A DNA stretch of 60,746 bases from Nitrospinota bacterium (GCA_029881335.1 JAOUMU010000003.1:1-60746), one strand, 5' to 3'. Counted from the first letter of the stretch, positions 45,161 through 55,955 are shown. Notes: generated from the sequence alone by a model not told the origin. Numbers and translations are program-made.

Positions 45161-45200
45161 AAAATTAAAAAGGCGCCGGAACGATTGTCGATCCGGCGCC
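45161..45200 (-). terminator. rho-independent terminator/attenuator between korB and ndk
   Basis: Perfect 9-bp stem GGCGCCGGA (45172-45180) / TCCGGCGCC (45192-45200) with an 11-nt loop. On the minus strand it is followed by TTTTTAATTTT. Confidence 0.7.
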
Positions 45201-45211
45201 ATGATTGATGG

Positions 45212-46081
45212 TTATGGGATGTACTGGTCGATGACCTTGTTCAGATCAAAATTATCGTCTCCCTTGGCTTTCTGGCGAATCTCCGTCAGCCGCTCCACCA
45301 GGGTGGGCCGCTCAACCTTGTATAACAGGCCGATGGGGGTTTTGCCCTCCTTTGCCCGCAGAGCGATTTTCAGCGCGGCGTTCAGGTCGGAGGTGTCATG
45401 GTCCGCCGGCACCTCTTCCAGCGACTCCTTGTAGGAGTCGAAGGTGTTTATCTTGTTGAAAGTGGGGCAAGGCGAGATGATGTTCACGAAAGCGAAGCCT
45501 TTATGCTCCATGGCGCCGGTGACCAACTCTTGCACCTGCTTGCTTTTGGAGCTGTAAGCCTGGGCTACGTAAGTGGCGCCATAGGTCAGACAGAAAGCCA
45601 GCGGGTTCACCGGATTGTCCGGGGCGCCATAAGGAGTGGTGGTGGTCACCATCCCCACCTGGGAAGTGGGGGAGACCTGCCCCTTGGTCAATCCATAGAT
45701 GGAGTTGTCCATCAGGATGTAGGTCAGGTCGGTGTTTTTCCTCACCACATGGGGCACATGCCCCCCGCCGATGGAGAAACCATCTCCATCACCTCCGAAG
45801 GCTATGACGTTGAGGTCCGGCCGGGACATTTTCAGACCAGCGGCAACCGGCAGAACGCGGCCATGGGCGGTGTGCATGCCATAAGTCTTGACAAAATAGG
45901 GAAAGCGGGAGGAACAGCCGATTCCTGAGACCAGCACCGTATCGTCGATGCTCATCGTTTTGTCGGCGAAAGCCTTTAGCACGGCGTTGAGAACGCCGAA
46001 ATCTCCGCAGCCTGGGCACCAAGTGGGCGGAACAGTGCTTTTGTAATCTTTGGACTTCATGGGTTCTGTGGCCGTGGTCAT
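45212..46081 (-). CDS. korB: 2-oxoacid (2-oxoglutarate):ferredoxin oxidoreductase subunit beta
   Basis: 289-aa ORF. WCPGCGDFGVL N-terminus; TPP-binding GGDGDGFSIGGGH. Confidence 0.9.
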   Translation of the reverse strand: MTTATEPMKSKDYKSTVPPTWCPGCGDFGVLNAVLKAFADKTMSIDDTVLVSGIGCSSRFPYFVKTYGMHTAHGRVLPVAAGLKMSRPDLNVIAFGGDGDGFSIGGGHVPHVVRKNTDLTYILMDNSIYGLTKGQVSPTSQVGMVTTTTPYGAPDNPVNPLAFCLTYGATYVAQAYSSKSKQVQELVTGAMEHKGFAFVNIISPCPTFNKINTFDSYKESLEEVPADHDTSDLNAALKIALRAKEGKTPIGLLYKVERPTLVERLTEIRQKAKGDDNFDLNKVIDQYIP

Positions 46082-47817
46082 TTAGACACCTCCTTTATCT
46101 TTTCCAGTATCATCTTCGGGGTGAAAGGCATCCCGGAATAGATGTTATAGCTGATGGGTTTCATGTCGGTCTTCATCCGGAGAAGGCTGGCCAGCTGGCC
46201 CTGTTTGTTCACTTCCGGCACCAGAGTTTTCGGATACTTCTTCGCAAAGGCGTTCAGCGCCTTCAGCGGCAGAGGCCATACCAGCTTCGGGTAGATCGCA
46301 GCCACCTTCACTCCCTCCGCGCGCGCCAGCTTCACCGCCTCGCGGGCAGTGCCGATGGTGGAACCCCAGGCGATTACTCCCACTTGGGCGCCATCCATGT
46401 CGTCCACCTCGGTGGCCTGGACAAAATCCTCCAGGGTGTCTAGTTTGCCGAAGCGCTTGTCTGTCATGGAAACACGGTTCTCCGGGGAGTAGCGCGGCGC
46501 CGAGGAGGGCGCATGCTCCAGACCGGTGGAGATATAGTTGCCCCCAGGCTGGCCGGGGTGGCTCATGGCGGAGATTCCGGACTCGGTCAGCTCGTAACGT
46601 TCATAGGGTTTATCACCATTGGCGCCAGGCTCGTATTTCAACCGCTCGATCCGTTTGATTTTGGAGGGATCGGGTTTCTTTATGGAACTGGTCCTAAAGC
46701 CGAGCGATCCATCGGAGAGAATCAGGACGGGAACCTGGTATTGCTCTGCGATGTTGAAAGCTTCGGTGGTCAGGTATATACAGTCCTCCACTCCTTCCGG
46801 GCTGAGAACCACTTTCGACGCGTCCCCGTGGCTGCCCAGCGCCGCCAGGAACAGGTCGCTCTGCTCGTGCTTGGTGGGCAACCCGGTGGATGGCCCGCCG
46901 CGCTGCACATCGGCTATCACCACCGGCACTTCCATCATGGAGGACATGCCGATAAGCTCCTGCATCAGGGAAAGCCCAGGGCCGGAAGTGGCGGTCATCG
47001 ATTTCACCCCGCCATAGCTGGCGCCGATGACGTTGGCCAGCGAGGCGATTTCGTCCTCGGCCTGGACCAGGTTTCCATTCACCTTTGGCAGATGTTTGGA
47101 AAGGAATATAGCCACTTCAGTGGCTGGCGTGATGGGGTATGCAGAGAAGTATTTCACTCCCGCAAGCAGGGCGCCCAGGCCGATCGCCTCGTTGCCGGAT
47201 ATGATCATCACATCCTTTTGCGGCTTCCCCTCATCCATCTGAAATGGATCGGTCTTTTTCAGATGTTCGCGAGCGTGCTTGGCTCCGGCGTCCAGAGCCT
47301 TGAAGTTGATTTCCACCACTTCCTGCCCCTTCTTGCCGAACTTCTCCTGGATCAGTTCCCGCAAGGGTATGGCCCCTATGGAGAAGAGCTCCGAAATGGC
47401 GCCCATGGCCACCATGTTTTTGGAGCGGTAAGTGCTCAGCTCCTCCTTGGCGATCTTGCTCATGGGGACGGGGTAGCAATGCACCCCTTCGATATTCTGC
47501 TCCTCGGCGATATCGCCGCCGGGGAAGTCATATATCAACACGCTCCCCTTTTCTATTTGCGAGCGGTTGTTATCCAGCGCCTCCTTGTTAAAGCAGCACA
47601 GGACGTTGAATCCGCTTCCTTCGGAGAGAATAACCTCGTGGGAAAAGCGGATCTGATACATGGCGTAGCCGCCCCTGATTTCGGCCGGGAATGTCTTGAA
47701 GGTGAGCACCTCCAGGCCGGACCGGGCCGCAGCCTGGGTTATCATGTCGCCCGAAGATATGATACCCTCGCCCCCCTCGCCGCCGATTCGGATTATTAGA
47801 TCGTTAGCTTTGGTCAC
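46078..47817 (-). CDS. korA: 2-oxoacid (2-oxoglutarate):ferredoxin oxidoreductase subunit alpha (gamma-alpha fusion)
   Basis: 579-aa ORF. N-terminal IRIGGEGGEGIISSG (gamma-type domain) then the alpha domain. Its stop overlaps the korB start by 4 nt. Confidence 0.9.
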   Translation of the reverse strand: MTKANDLIIRIGGEGGEGIISSGDMITQAAARSGLEVLTFKTFPAEIRGGYAMYQIRFSHEVILSEGSGFNVLCCFNKEALDNNRSQIEKGSVLIYDFPGGDIAEEQNIEGVHCYPVPMSKIAKEELSTYRSKNMVAMGAISELFSIGAIPLRELIQEKFGKKGQEVVEINFKALDAGAKHAREHLKKTDPFQMDEGKPQKDVMIISGNEAIGLGALLAGVKYFSAYPITPATEVAIFLSKHLPKVNGNLVQAEDEIASLANVIGASYGGVKSMTATSGPGLSLMQELIGMSSMMEVPVVIADVQRGGPSTGLPTKHEQSDLFLAALGSHGDASKVVLSPEGVEDCIYLTTEAFNIAEQYQVPVLILSDGSLGFRTSSIKKPDPSKIKRIERLKYEPGANGDKPYERYELTESGISAMSHPGQPGGNYISTGLEHAPSSAPRYSPENRVSMTDKRFGKLDTLEDFVQATEVDDMDGAQVGVIAWGSTIGTAREAVKLARAEGVKVAAIYPKLVWPLPLKALNAFAKKYPKTLVPEVNKQGQLASLLRMKTDMKPISYNIYSGMPFTPKMILEKIKEVSK

Positions 47818-47879
47818 TTTAAAATCACCTCACAAAATGTTTTTCACATTACCCACCGCAGTTCTCGCGGCAAATTATA

Positions 47880-48971
47880 TTATCTTCCGCGGCGAGCCGA
47901 TTTGGCGCGCCCACCCTTTTTCAACGATGAAGGTTTTTTGGCGTTTACTTTGGCCTTTGGCCTTGCTTTGACCTTTATCGTCGGCTTCACCTTGGCTTTC
48001 GCCTTGACTCTTGCTTTCGTTTCAGATTTCGTTTTTGTCTTCGATGCTTTTTTTGCGGCCGCGGTTCTTTTTGCCTTCGCTTTGGCGCGGGCAGCCGCCT
48101 TTTCCAGGGCTGATTTTATGGTGCTTCCCAGATCCGCCGGGGACTTGCATACGGTGATCCCGCACTCGGACATCACCTTCATCTTCTCGTCCGCCGTCCC
48201 CTTGCCACCGGAGATTATGGCCCCGGCATGGCCCATGCGCCTGCCTGGAGGCGCAGTCTGCCCGGCGATGAAACCCACCACCGGTTTTTTCACGTTGGCT
48301 TTTATATATTCCGCGGCCTCCTCCTCGGCGCTGCCTCCGATCTCCCCTATCATACATATGGCTTTGGTCTGCTTGTCTTCATTAAACAGCTTCAGCGCGT
48401 CTATGAAATTAGTACCGTTCACAGGATCGCCGCCTATGCCGATGCAGGTGGACTGGCCAATGCCTAGCGCCGTGAGCTGCCCCACAACTTCGTAGGTAAG
48501 GGTCCCGGAGCGGGAGACCACTCCCACGGGGCCGGGGATGTGGATATGACCCGGCATGATACCGATCTTGGCCGCGCCGGGGGTGATGATACCGGGGCAG
48601 TTGGGCCCGATAAGCCTGCCCCTGCCGTGGCCTTTGATATAGCGTTTTATCTTCACCATGTCCAGCACCGGAATCCCCTCGGTGATACAGACGATAAGCT
48701 CGATTCCCGCCTCACTCGCCTCGAATATGGCGTCGGCGGCGAAGGGGGGAGGTACAAAGATCATGGTGGCGTTGGCCCCGGTGGCGTCCACCGCGGCCTG
48801 CACCGTGTTGAACACGGGGATTCCCTCCACGTTCTGCCCCTCCTTGCCGGGGGTGACCCCGCCCACCACGTTTGTCCCATAGGCGCGGCATCCCAGGGCG
48901 TGGAAGGAGCCCTCCTTGCCGGTGATTCCCTGTACTATCAGCTTCGTGTTTTTGTCGACCAGAACGCTCAT
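47880..48971 (-). CDS. sucD: succinate--CoA ligase subunit alpha with Lys/Ala-rich C-terminal extension
   Basis: 363-aa ORF. The first roughly 290 aa are canonical SucD ([29 protein letters not shown] with the phosphohistidine). It continues without a stop into [72 protein letters not shown]. Confidence 0.93.
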   Translation of the reverse strand: MSVLVDKNTKLIVQGITGKEGSFHALGCRAYGTNVVGGVTPGKEGQNVEGIPVFNTVQAAVDATGANATMIFVPPPFAADAIFEASEAGIELIVCITEGIPVLDMVKIKRYIKGHGRGRLIGPNCPGIITPGAAKIGIMPGHIHIPGPVGVVSRSGTLTYEVVGQLTALGIGQSTCIGIGGDPVNGTNFIDALKLFNEDKQTKAICMIGEIGGSAEEEAAEYIKANVKKPVVGFIAGQTAPPGRRMGHAGAIISGGKGTADEKMKVMSECGITVCKSPADLGSTIKSALEKAAARAKAKAKRTAAAKKASKTKTKSETKARVKAKAKVKPTIKVKARPKAKVNAKKPSSLKKGGRAKSARRGR

Positions 48972-48986
48972 TGTATATTCCCGCTG

Positions 48987-50153
48987 TTAGCCGGCCGCGC
49001 CCACGGCGGCCACCGCCTTTTCGGCGCCATCCCGCATGTTGTCGGCCAGTATGAAGTTGAATCCGCTCTCTTTTAGAATCTTCTTTCCCTCTGCGACGTT
49101 GGTCCCCTCCATGCGGATGACCACTGGAATTGTCACGTTGATCTTCCTGGCGGCGTTCACCACGCCATTGGCAAGCCTGTCGCATCGCAGAATTCCACCA
49201 AATATGTTGATGAAAATCCCTTTGACAGCGCTATCGGCCAGGATGATCTTAAACGCGTTCTCTATCTGCTCCTCAGAAGCGCCACCCCCCACGTCCAGAA
49301 AGTTGGCCGGCTCGCCGCCGGAGATTTTTATGATATCCATGGTGGCCATGGCCAGCCCGGCGCCGTTCACCATGCAGCCGATGGAACCATCAAGCTTTAT
49401 GTAATTGAGGCTGAACTTGCTCGCCTCGATCTCCAGTTCCTCCTCCTCGTTAAGGTCGCGATACTCCACCACTTCCTTCTGGCGGAACAGCGCGTTATCG
49501 TCGAAGTTCATCTTGCAGTCTAGAGCCAGGATCTTGTTATCCGCTGTGAGCACCAGGGGGTTTATCTCCGCCAGGGAGCAGTCCCTGGCCACGAAAGCCT
49601 TGTACAGGTTCAGCAGGAAACCTACCGCTTCTCGCATCGCTTCCGGGGGAAGGTTCAGAAAGAAAGCCAGCTTTCGAGCCTGGGCAGGCATCAGCCCCAG
49701 CACCGGGTCCACCCATTCTTTGGTAATCTTCTCGGGAGATTTTTCGGCGACTACCTCTATCTCCATACCGCCTTCTTCGGAGGCCATGAAGCAAACACGA
49801 TCCTTTTCCCTGTCCAGGACGATGCCGACATACAATTCCTTGGCGATATTCATCCCCTCCTCCACCAGCACGGTGCCCACCTTCTGCCCCTCTGGGCCGG
49901 TCTGGTGGGTGATCAAGGTCATCCCATGGATGCTCTTGAAGGCCTCTTGGGCCTCTTCCAGGGTTTTGGCGACCTTTACGCCTCCACCCTTGCCGCGGCC
50001 GCCGGCATGGATTTGGGCTTTCACCACCACCGGCAACCCCAGTTCGTCCACAACGGCTTTTACATCCGCCACGTCCGCCACCACCCTGCCTTTGGGTACG
50101 GGAACCTTGTATTTTTCCAATATTTCCTTAGCTTGGTACTCGTGTATCTTCAT
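48987..50153 (-). CDS. sucC: ADP-forming succinate--CoA ligase subunit beta
   Basis: 388-aa [15 protein letters not shown] start, ATP-grasp, [15 protein letters not shown]. Confidence 0.95.
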   Translation of the reverse strand: MKIHEYQAKEILEKYKVPVPKGRVVADVADVKAVVDELGLPVVVKAQIHAGGRGKGGGVKVAKTLEEAQEAFKSIHGMTLITHQTGPEGQKVGTVLVEEGMNIAKELYVGIVLDREKDRVCFMASEEGGMEIEVVAEKSPEKITKEWVDPVLGLMPAQARKLAFFLNLPPEAMREAVGFLLNLYKAFVARDCSLAEINPLVLTADNKILALDCKMNFDDNALFRQKEVVEYRDLNEEEELEIEASKFSLNYIKLDGSIGCMVNGAGLAMATMDIIKISGGEPANFLDVGGGASEEQIENAFKIILADSAVKGIFINIFGGILRCDRLANGVVNAARKINVTIPVVIRMEGTNVAEGKKILKESGFNFILADNMRDGAEKAVAAVGAAG

Positions 50154-50462
50154 AATTTCCTGTCAGTGATAAAGAAGAACGGACCTAACCCGAACCCACT
50201 ATATAACATACAGTTAAGAATAAGGTCAAAGAAAATCGGTTGTATAAAGGCGAAAACAAAAGGAGCGTTTGATTATCAAGCGATTATTCCCTAAGTCTCA
50301 ACCGCTCAATGAGGGCGGATTATTATAAATGAACAGAGGGTGGCGCTCGCTTATACATGGTGGGCGAGTATGTCGGGATTGGAAGCTAAATGGTCGTGCG
50401 AAACCTCTGATAATGGCATAAGGGGCATTACGGCAGAGAGGCGATGTCGTGGGCGGCGCAGG

Positions 50463-50819
50463 TCAGTTTTCTTTTTTCGGCCTTGGGCCGCTCATGACCG
50501 AATGCCTGGCCACAGCCAGCGCCAGAGCCATTCGCGCCTTGGCTTCAGGCAGGGTGAACGCCAGCTTGAATGTCCCCTGGACCCCCACTCTTTCATACAG
50601 GGTGTCCATGGATTTCAAAATTTCCTCCACCTCTGCTTTTGGGCAGTCCACCTGATAGCATGAACCCAGGATATCAAGCGTTCTCTTGGGGCCACCGGCC
50701 CTTTTTCCACACCCTCGAAAGGGACAATCCCCGGCGATTTCCGGAGGGCAATCCACATTGCCGCCCCTGCCGCCATTCATGTGACTATCCATTGGTTCAT
50801 CGCTCAAGAGTTTGAACAT
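50463..50819 (-). CDS. hypothetical Cys-rich protein
   Basis: ORF 50463..50873. No family recognised. Contains DCPPEIAGDCPFRGCG ... GSCYQVDCP. The start is uncertain (ATG at 50819 or 50792) and no clear RBS is present. Confidence 0.35.
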   Translation of the reverse strand: MFKLLSDEPMDSHMNGGRGGNVDCPPEIAGDCPFRGCGKRAGGPKRTLDILGSCYQVDCPKAEVEEILKSMDTLYERVGVQGTFKLAFTLPEAKARMALALAVARHSVMSGPRPKKEN

Positions 50820-50877
50820 GAGTATTCGCTGATCGAGTAGTTTGCTATAATTCCACCATAATAACAGAATCAATGAC

Positions 50878-50960
50878 TATCTTATTCGTGCCCGGGAGAA
50901 TATGATTATGGGGGAACACAATCCTCTCACCGCAAGGACCCCTCGGGCACGAATAAGATA
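50878..50960. repeat. 17-bp perfect inverted repeat separated by 49 nt
   Basis: TATCTTATTCGTGCCCG (50878-50894) is the exact reverse complement of CGGGCACGAATAAGATA (50944-50960). Confidence 0.8.
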
Positions 50961-51340
50961 GCCACTTCTAAATCTATGTCGCGTCTAAACATTACGAATG
51001 CAGTTAGAGAAAACCAAGGTAGCAAAGAAAAATAACTTCCTGACAGCCATATTGCCCTGCAATACGCATGCCAAGATTATGGCCAGCGAAACTCTCGTTT
51101 TATCAACAGCATGCGCCACTAGACAGAATTTAACCAGTGTAAAATGTCCTTCCATTAGGACAGTGGAATTTTGGAGGCTGCTTATGTACTTGAATATGAG
51201 CATGTTATGGCTACAGCAGAGGTGTCCAGTATATATTCGCCGGATTTATTTTTGGACGTAAACTTTTCTGTAAACAATACACAATTTGATTAAATTCAAG
51301 CACTTTTCACCATATAATGTACAGTAATGATTGATTTGCA

Positions 51341-52228
51341 ATGAAACGTAATAACTGTCTTGTTGTGGGCGCCACCAGCCTGGTTGGCAAGTTCCTTCTG
51401 CCTCGCATGGCCGGGGCGGGCTACTCCATCACGGCTGTCTCCAGGGATGTACAACCCCACAGCGGCCTGACCAAGGAGACATCAATCAAGTGGGTCCGGC
51501 TGGATCTCTCTTCGGATCCCCTCTCCTCGATGGGAAAGGAGGATATCGAGACGGTTATCAGCCTGGCGCCGATATGGGTCACAGCCACGTTTGCCCAGAG
51601 CCTTCCTCCATCGGCGCGGCGGCTGGTGGCTCTAGGCTCCACCAGCGTTCATACAAAGGCCGCCTCCCCCAGCGCAGGGGAAAGGGCCCTGGCCGCCCAG
51701 CTGCGAGATGCTGAGAACTCTGTCATGGAATCGTGCGCCCGCCAGGGTATAGAATGGACCATACTTCGCCCGACAATGATCCATGGTCAGGGATTGGACG
51801 GAAATGTGGCCGCCATCGCCAGGTTCATCACCAGGTTCCGGTTTTTTCCCCTGGTGGGGCAGGGCCTGGGGTTAAGGGCGCCGGTCCATGCCGGGGAAGT
51901 CGCCCATGCGGCGCTGGCCGCCTTGGAGAGCGAAAACGCCGTGGACAAGGCTTATGATATTTCCGGTGGAGAGACTTTGACATACAGGATGATGGTTGAG
52001 AGGATTTTCGAAGGGCTCGGCAGGAAGCCAAGGATAGCCCGTGTGCCACTGTGGGTGGCCAGAGGTGGGTTGCGAATCCTCTCCTTTCTCCCTCCATTTG
52101 GCCACCTTAATCCGGCGCTGGCGGACAGGATGTCCGTGGATATGGTCTTCGACTTATCGCCCGCCAAAATCGACTTTGAATACAGCCCCGGCCCCTTTCG
52201 GCCTGATATGGGCGCCACATCCCAGTGA
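51341..52228 (+). CDS. NAD(P)-dependent epimerase/dehydratase-family oxidoreductase
   Basis: 295-aa ORF. Rossmann CLVVGATSLVGKFLLPRM. Confidence 0.78.
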   Translation: MKRNNCLVVGATSLVGKFLLPRMAGAGYSITAVSRDVQPHSGLTKETSIKWVRLDLSSDPLSSMGKEDIETVISLAPIWVTATFAQSLPPSARRLVALGSTSVHTKAASPSAGERALAAQLRDAENSVMESCARQGIEWTILRPTMIHGQGLDGNVAAIARFITRFRFFPLVGQGLGLRAPVHAGEVAHAALAALESENAVDKAYDISGGETLTYRMMVERIFEGLGRKPRIARVPLWVARGGLRILSFLPPFGHLNPALADRMSVDMVFDLSPAKIDFEYSPGPFRPDMGATSQ

Positions 52229-53124
52229 CCACCCCCGCAAACGCCCAGGAGTCTCCCAGCTCTGGCTCGAGTTTGACCAGCGTGGTCATAGTCAACTATA
52301 ACGCAGGAAAACTTCTGGCGGAGTGCGTCGGCGCTGTTCTCTCCTCCACCGCCAGGGTGGATGTGACTGTGGTGGACAACGCATCCTTGGATGGTAGCGT
52401 CGCGGGCCTGCGCTCCCTGCATGGCTCTGACGGGCGGCTGGTCATCGTGGAGAATGAGGAGAACCTGGGATTCGCCGCCGCTAACAATATTGCCCTGGAC
52501 CGGACCAAAGGGGATTTTATTCTCTTGCTTAATCCGGACTGCATAATCGAGCCCTTCACCATAGAGAAGATGCTCAATGTCCTGTCGGCCCATCCGGAGG
52601 CGGGGATGGCTGGCCCTGTAATCAGAAATGAGGATGGGGCCGAGCAAGTGGGATGCCGCAGGGCTATCCCCACTTTAAAGACCGCTTTCTTCAAGGCCTT
52701 CGGATTATCTCGGATATTTGGCGTTAAGGATTTCAATCAGGCAGGCACGCCGCTGCCGGAGGGGCCGGCCCCGGTGGAGGCTATATCCGGAGCGTTCATG
52801 CTGGTCCGCCGGATCGCGCTGTTAAAGGTGGGTCCTCTGGACAAGGGCTATTTCCTCCACTGTGAGGATCTGGACTGGTGCCTTCGGTTCACCCAGGCAG
52901 GCTACACCATACTGTTCGTCCCCTCTGTGGATGTGGTACACCACAAGGGCGCCTGCGGGATTGATATTCCACTTCAGGTGGAACTGTACAAGAGCCAGGG
53001 GATGACACGTTTCTACAGAAAATTCCATGGAGGCGGCCCCCTCTACTGGTTGGTGGCGACTGGGGTGTGGATCAGATACGCAGCGATGCTAATGTCACAC
53101 ATCGGCCGAGGAAAACATAGGTGA
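52225..53124 (+). CDS. family 2 glycosyltransferase
   Basis: 299-aa ORF. ATGA overlap with the upstream gene. SVVIVNYNAGKLL ... VVDNASLDGS ... LLLNPD ... GAFMLVRR ... EDLDWCLR. Confidence 0.88.
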   Translation: MTTPANAQESPSSGSSLTSVVIVNYNAGKLLAECVGAVLSSTARVDVTVVDNASLDGSVAGLRSLHGSDGRLVIVENEENLGFAAANNIALDRTKGDFILLLNPDCIIEPFTIEKMLNVLSAHPEAGMAGPVIRNEDGAEQVGCRRAIPTLKTAFFKAFGLSRIFGVKDFNQAGTPLPEGPAPVEAISGAFMLVRRIALLKVGPLDKGYFLHCEDLDWCLRFTQAGYTILFVPSVDVVHHKGACGIDIPLQVELYKSQGMTRFYRKFHGGGPLYWLVATGVWIRYAAMLMSHIGRGKHR

Positions 53125-53345
53125 ACCGGACACTCCTGACTTCTGGGCAACGAGCGCAAGCGTGCATGGACAGCGAAAGCGGGCATAAATAATTGTCACC
53201 CCCCCCCAGGTGGGTTCAGATGGACACAGATATGGTGCGGGAGGACCCCGGAATGCGGCGGTCCACGAGCCCTTTATAGGAGCATCACCCTTGCACACGA
53301 CAGGGCGCTGACGGACCAGCCCGTGGCAGGTGTGGAAGACCCGGT

Positions 53346-53519
53346 TTATTTCCCGACCTTCTTGACGATTTTTTCCGCTGTCTGCCGTGAATAGTAGGCG
53401 CAAGCGCCCTTCTTGGCGTCCGGCTGCACACCGGCTTCCTTGATCGCCTTTTTGAATTGAGCTTCCGGAACACCCAGTTCCTTGGCCCATTTGCCCGCGC
53501 TTCGCATATCTTCAGCCAT
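53346..53519 (-). CDS. small hypothetical basic protein (57 aa)
   Basis: ORF 53346..53612. ATG at 53519 lies 6 nt after GGAGG. MAEDMRSAGKWAKELGVPEAQFKKAIKEAGV... No family recognised. Confidence 0.5.
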   Translation of the reverse strand: MAEDMRSAGKWAKELGVPEAQFKKAIKEAGVQPDAKKGACAYYSRQTAEKIVKKVGK

Positions 53520-53652
53520 CAAAACCTCCATGAATAGTGTTACAATTTCGGAGTTTTCCCCGAATGTTCTTTCTCTTTCAATCGACATTCGATGGGAATA
53601 TACTATAGCCAAAAGCCAAACTTAAGAAAACATATCCAAACGAGGAGGGGAC

Positions 53653-54660
53653 ATGGCGGTAAAAGTCGGCATCAACGGGTTCGGTCGTATAGGACGAAAC
53701 TTTTTCCGGGCCTGCATGGGCCATGATGATATAGAAATCGTCCTGGCCAACGATATCACCGACGCGGTGACGCTGGCTCACCTTCTGAAGCACGACTCCA
53801 CCATGGGTGTGCTGCCGGACCAGGTGGAGGCGGGGGAGAACGCCGTGATCGTGAACGGCAAATCGATCCGCATCACCGCAGAGCGCGACCCGGCCAACCT
53901 GCCATGGAAGGAGATGGGAGTGGACGTGGTGGTGGAATCCACCGGGCTGTTCACCAAGCGCGCCGACGCGGCAAAGCACCTGGCGGCAGGAGCCAAAAAG
54001 GTGATCATATCCGCCCCGGCAAAGGAAGAAGACATTACCATAGTGCTGGGCGTGAACGACGACAAATACGACCCCGCGGCGCACCATGTGATCTCCAACG
54101 CATCGTGCACCACCAACTGCCTGGCGCCCCTGGCCAAAGTGATGATGGACAATTTCGGCATTAAAAGCGGGCTGATGACCACCATCCACAGCTACACAAA
54201 TGACCAGCGAATCCTGGATCTGCCTCACAAGGACCTGCGCCGCTCCAGGGCCGCTGCCCTTTCCATGATCCCCACCACCACCGGCGCTGCAAAGGCCCTG
54301 GCCCTGGTGATCCCGGAGCTGAAGGGGAAGCTGGACGGGCTCTCCATACGGGTGCCCACCCCCAACGTCTCCATAGTGGATCTGGTGATCAACACAGATA
54401 AATCCACAACCGTGGAGGAAGTGAATGCCGCCGCCAGGGCCGCCAGCGACGGCCCCTTGAAGGGGATATTCGAATACTGCGATAAACCGCTGGTCTCCAG
54501 GGACTTCAACGGCAATCCGGCCTCCAGTATCTTCGACGCAGGCACAACTTACGTGGTGGGGGGAACTATGGTGAAGGTCATGAGCTGGTATGACAATGAA
54601 TGGGGCTACTCCTGCAGGGTGCGCGACCTGATCAAGTTCGTCGCTTCCAAGGGAATCTAA
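53653..54660 (+). CDS. gap: type I glyceraldehyde-3-phosphate dehydrogenase
   Basis: 335-aa [15 protein letters not shown], active-site [12 protein letters not shown]. Confidence 0.95.
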   Translation: MAVKVGINGFGRIGRNFFRACMGHDDIEIVLANDITDAVTLAHLLKHDSTMGVLPDQVEAGENAVIVNGKSIRITAERDPANLPWKEMGVDVVVESTGLFTKRADAAKHLAAGAKKVIISAPAKEEDITIVLGVNDDKYDPAAHHVISNASCTTNCLAPLAKVMMDNFGIKSGLMTTIHSYTNDQRILDLPHKDLRRSRAAALSMIPTTTGAAKALALVIPELKGKLDGLSIRVPTPNVSIVDLVINTDKSTTVEEVNAAARAASDGPLKGIFEYCDKPLVSRDFNGNPASSIFDAGTTYVVGGTMVKVMSWYDNEWGYSCRVRDLIKFVASKGI

Positions 54661-54734
54661 CTCAGGTCTTAGGATCGATCCTGGCTCCGGCGCCTGAGGA
54701 GCGCGCCGGGGCCGTCGATCAAAGGGGGATCGGC

Positions 54735-55919
54735 ATGAAAAAACTTTCCATTGAAAATGTGGATCTGAAGGGGAAGAAGGTCTTTATCCGGGTGGACTTT
54801 AACGTTCCCCTGGAAAGCGGCAAGGTGGCGGACGTCACCAGGATAGAACAGGCACTGCCCACCATCCGTCACGCTATCTATGCGGGGGCAAAGGTAATAG
54901 TCGCCTCCCACATGGGCCGACCCAAAGGGGTGGCGGATCCGAAAGCCTCGCTGAGCCAGGTGCTGGATGTATTCAAGTCAATGCTTGGCCGCCCGGTGGC
55001 TTTCGCCGAGAACTGTGTGGGGGAAAAAGCCCAAACGGCGGTGGCGGCTTTGCAGGAGGGCCAGGCCTTGCTGCTGGAAAACCTGCGGTTCCACAAGGAA
55101 GAAGAAAAGAACGACCCGGAATTCGCAAAAGAACTGGCCTCGCTGGCGGATGTGTATGTGAATGACGCTTTCGGAGCGGCCCACCGGGCCCATGGCTCCA
55201 CCGTGGGGATAACGAGATTCGTCAAGCCTTGCGCCGCCGGATTCCTGATGCAAAAGGAGATCGAGTATTTCACCCGCGCTCTTACCGAGCCCAAGCGGCC
55301 GTTGGCGGCCATACTGGGGGGGGCCAAAGTATCCAGCAAGATATACGCTCTGGAGAACCTGATAGACAAATGCGACATCATGATTATCGGCGGAGGGATG
55401 GCCTTCACCTTCCTGAAGGCCAGGGGGCTGGAGATCGGAGACAACATTCTGGAGCCGGACATGGTGGAGGGGGCAAAAAAGGTGCTGGAAAAAGCCAGGG
55501 TGAAGGGAGTTAAGTTTTACATGCCGGTGGACTTTGTGGTGGCGGACAAAATCGAGGAGGGCGCCGAGACGGAACTGGTGACCTTCCACGAACTCCCCAA
55601 AGGGAAGATCGCTCCGGATATCGGCCCCGCCTCGATATCCTTGTTCGACACTGCGTTGGCCAGGGCGGGCACCATAGTTTGGAACGGGCCGATGGGAGTG
55701 TTCGAGATAAAAACATTCTCCGTCGGCACCCGGGGGATGATCAAAACCCTTACAAACAGCGATGCGCTGACCGTGGTGGGTGGCGGAGACAGCGCCCTGG
55801 CCGTGAGCATGGCCGGGGCTACGAAGTCCATGGATTTTATCTCCACCGGCGGCGGGGCGTTTTTGGAACTGCTGGAAGGAAAAACTCTGCCAGGCCTGGC
55901 GGCGCTGGACGACGCCTGA
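54735..55919 (+). CDS. pgk: phosphoglycerate kinase
   Basis: 3' part of ORF 54600..55919, with ATG at 54735. KKVFIRVDFNVPL, SHMGRPKG, GGGDS. Confidence 0.95.
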   Translation: MKKLSIENVDLKGKKVFIRVDFNVPLESGKVADVTRIEQALPTIRHAIYAGAKVIVASHMGRPKGVADPKASLSQVLDVFKSMLGRPVAFAENCVGEKAQTAVAALQEGQALLLENLRFHKEEEKNDPEFAKELASLADVYVNDAFGAAHRAHGSTVGITRFVKPCAAGFLMQKEIEYFTRALTEPKRPLAAILGGAKVSSKIYALENLIDKCDIMIIGGGMAFTFLKARGLEIGDNILEPDMVEGAKKVLEKARVKGVKFYMPVDFVVADKIEEGAETELVTFHELPKGKIAPDIGPASISLFDTALARAGTIVWNGPMGVFEIKTFSVGTRGMIKTLTNSDALTVVGGGDSALAVSMAGATKSMDFISTGGGAFLELLEGKTLPGLAALDDA

Positions 55920-55955
55920 CAAGGCAAACAACATACCTCTGGAGCTGATAGCATA

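Noticed and set aside
50985-51261. Small overlapping ORFs 50985..51203(-) and 50998..51261(+) in the AT-rich region.
   Set aside because: They are mutually overlapping, have no RBS and no recognisable motifs, and are likely chance ORFs in AT-rich non-coding DNA.
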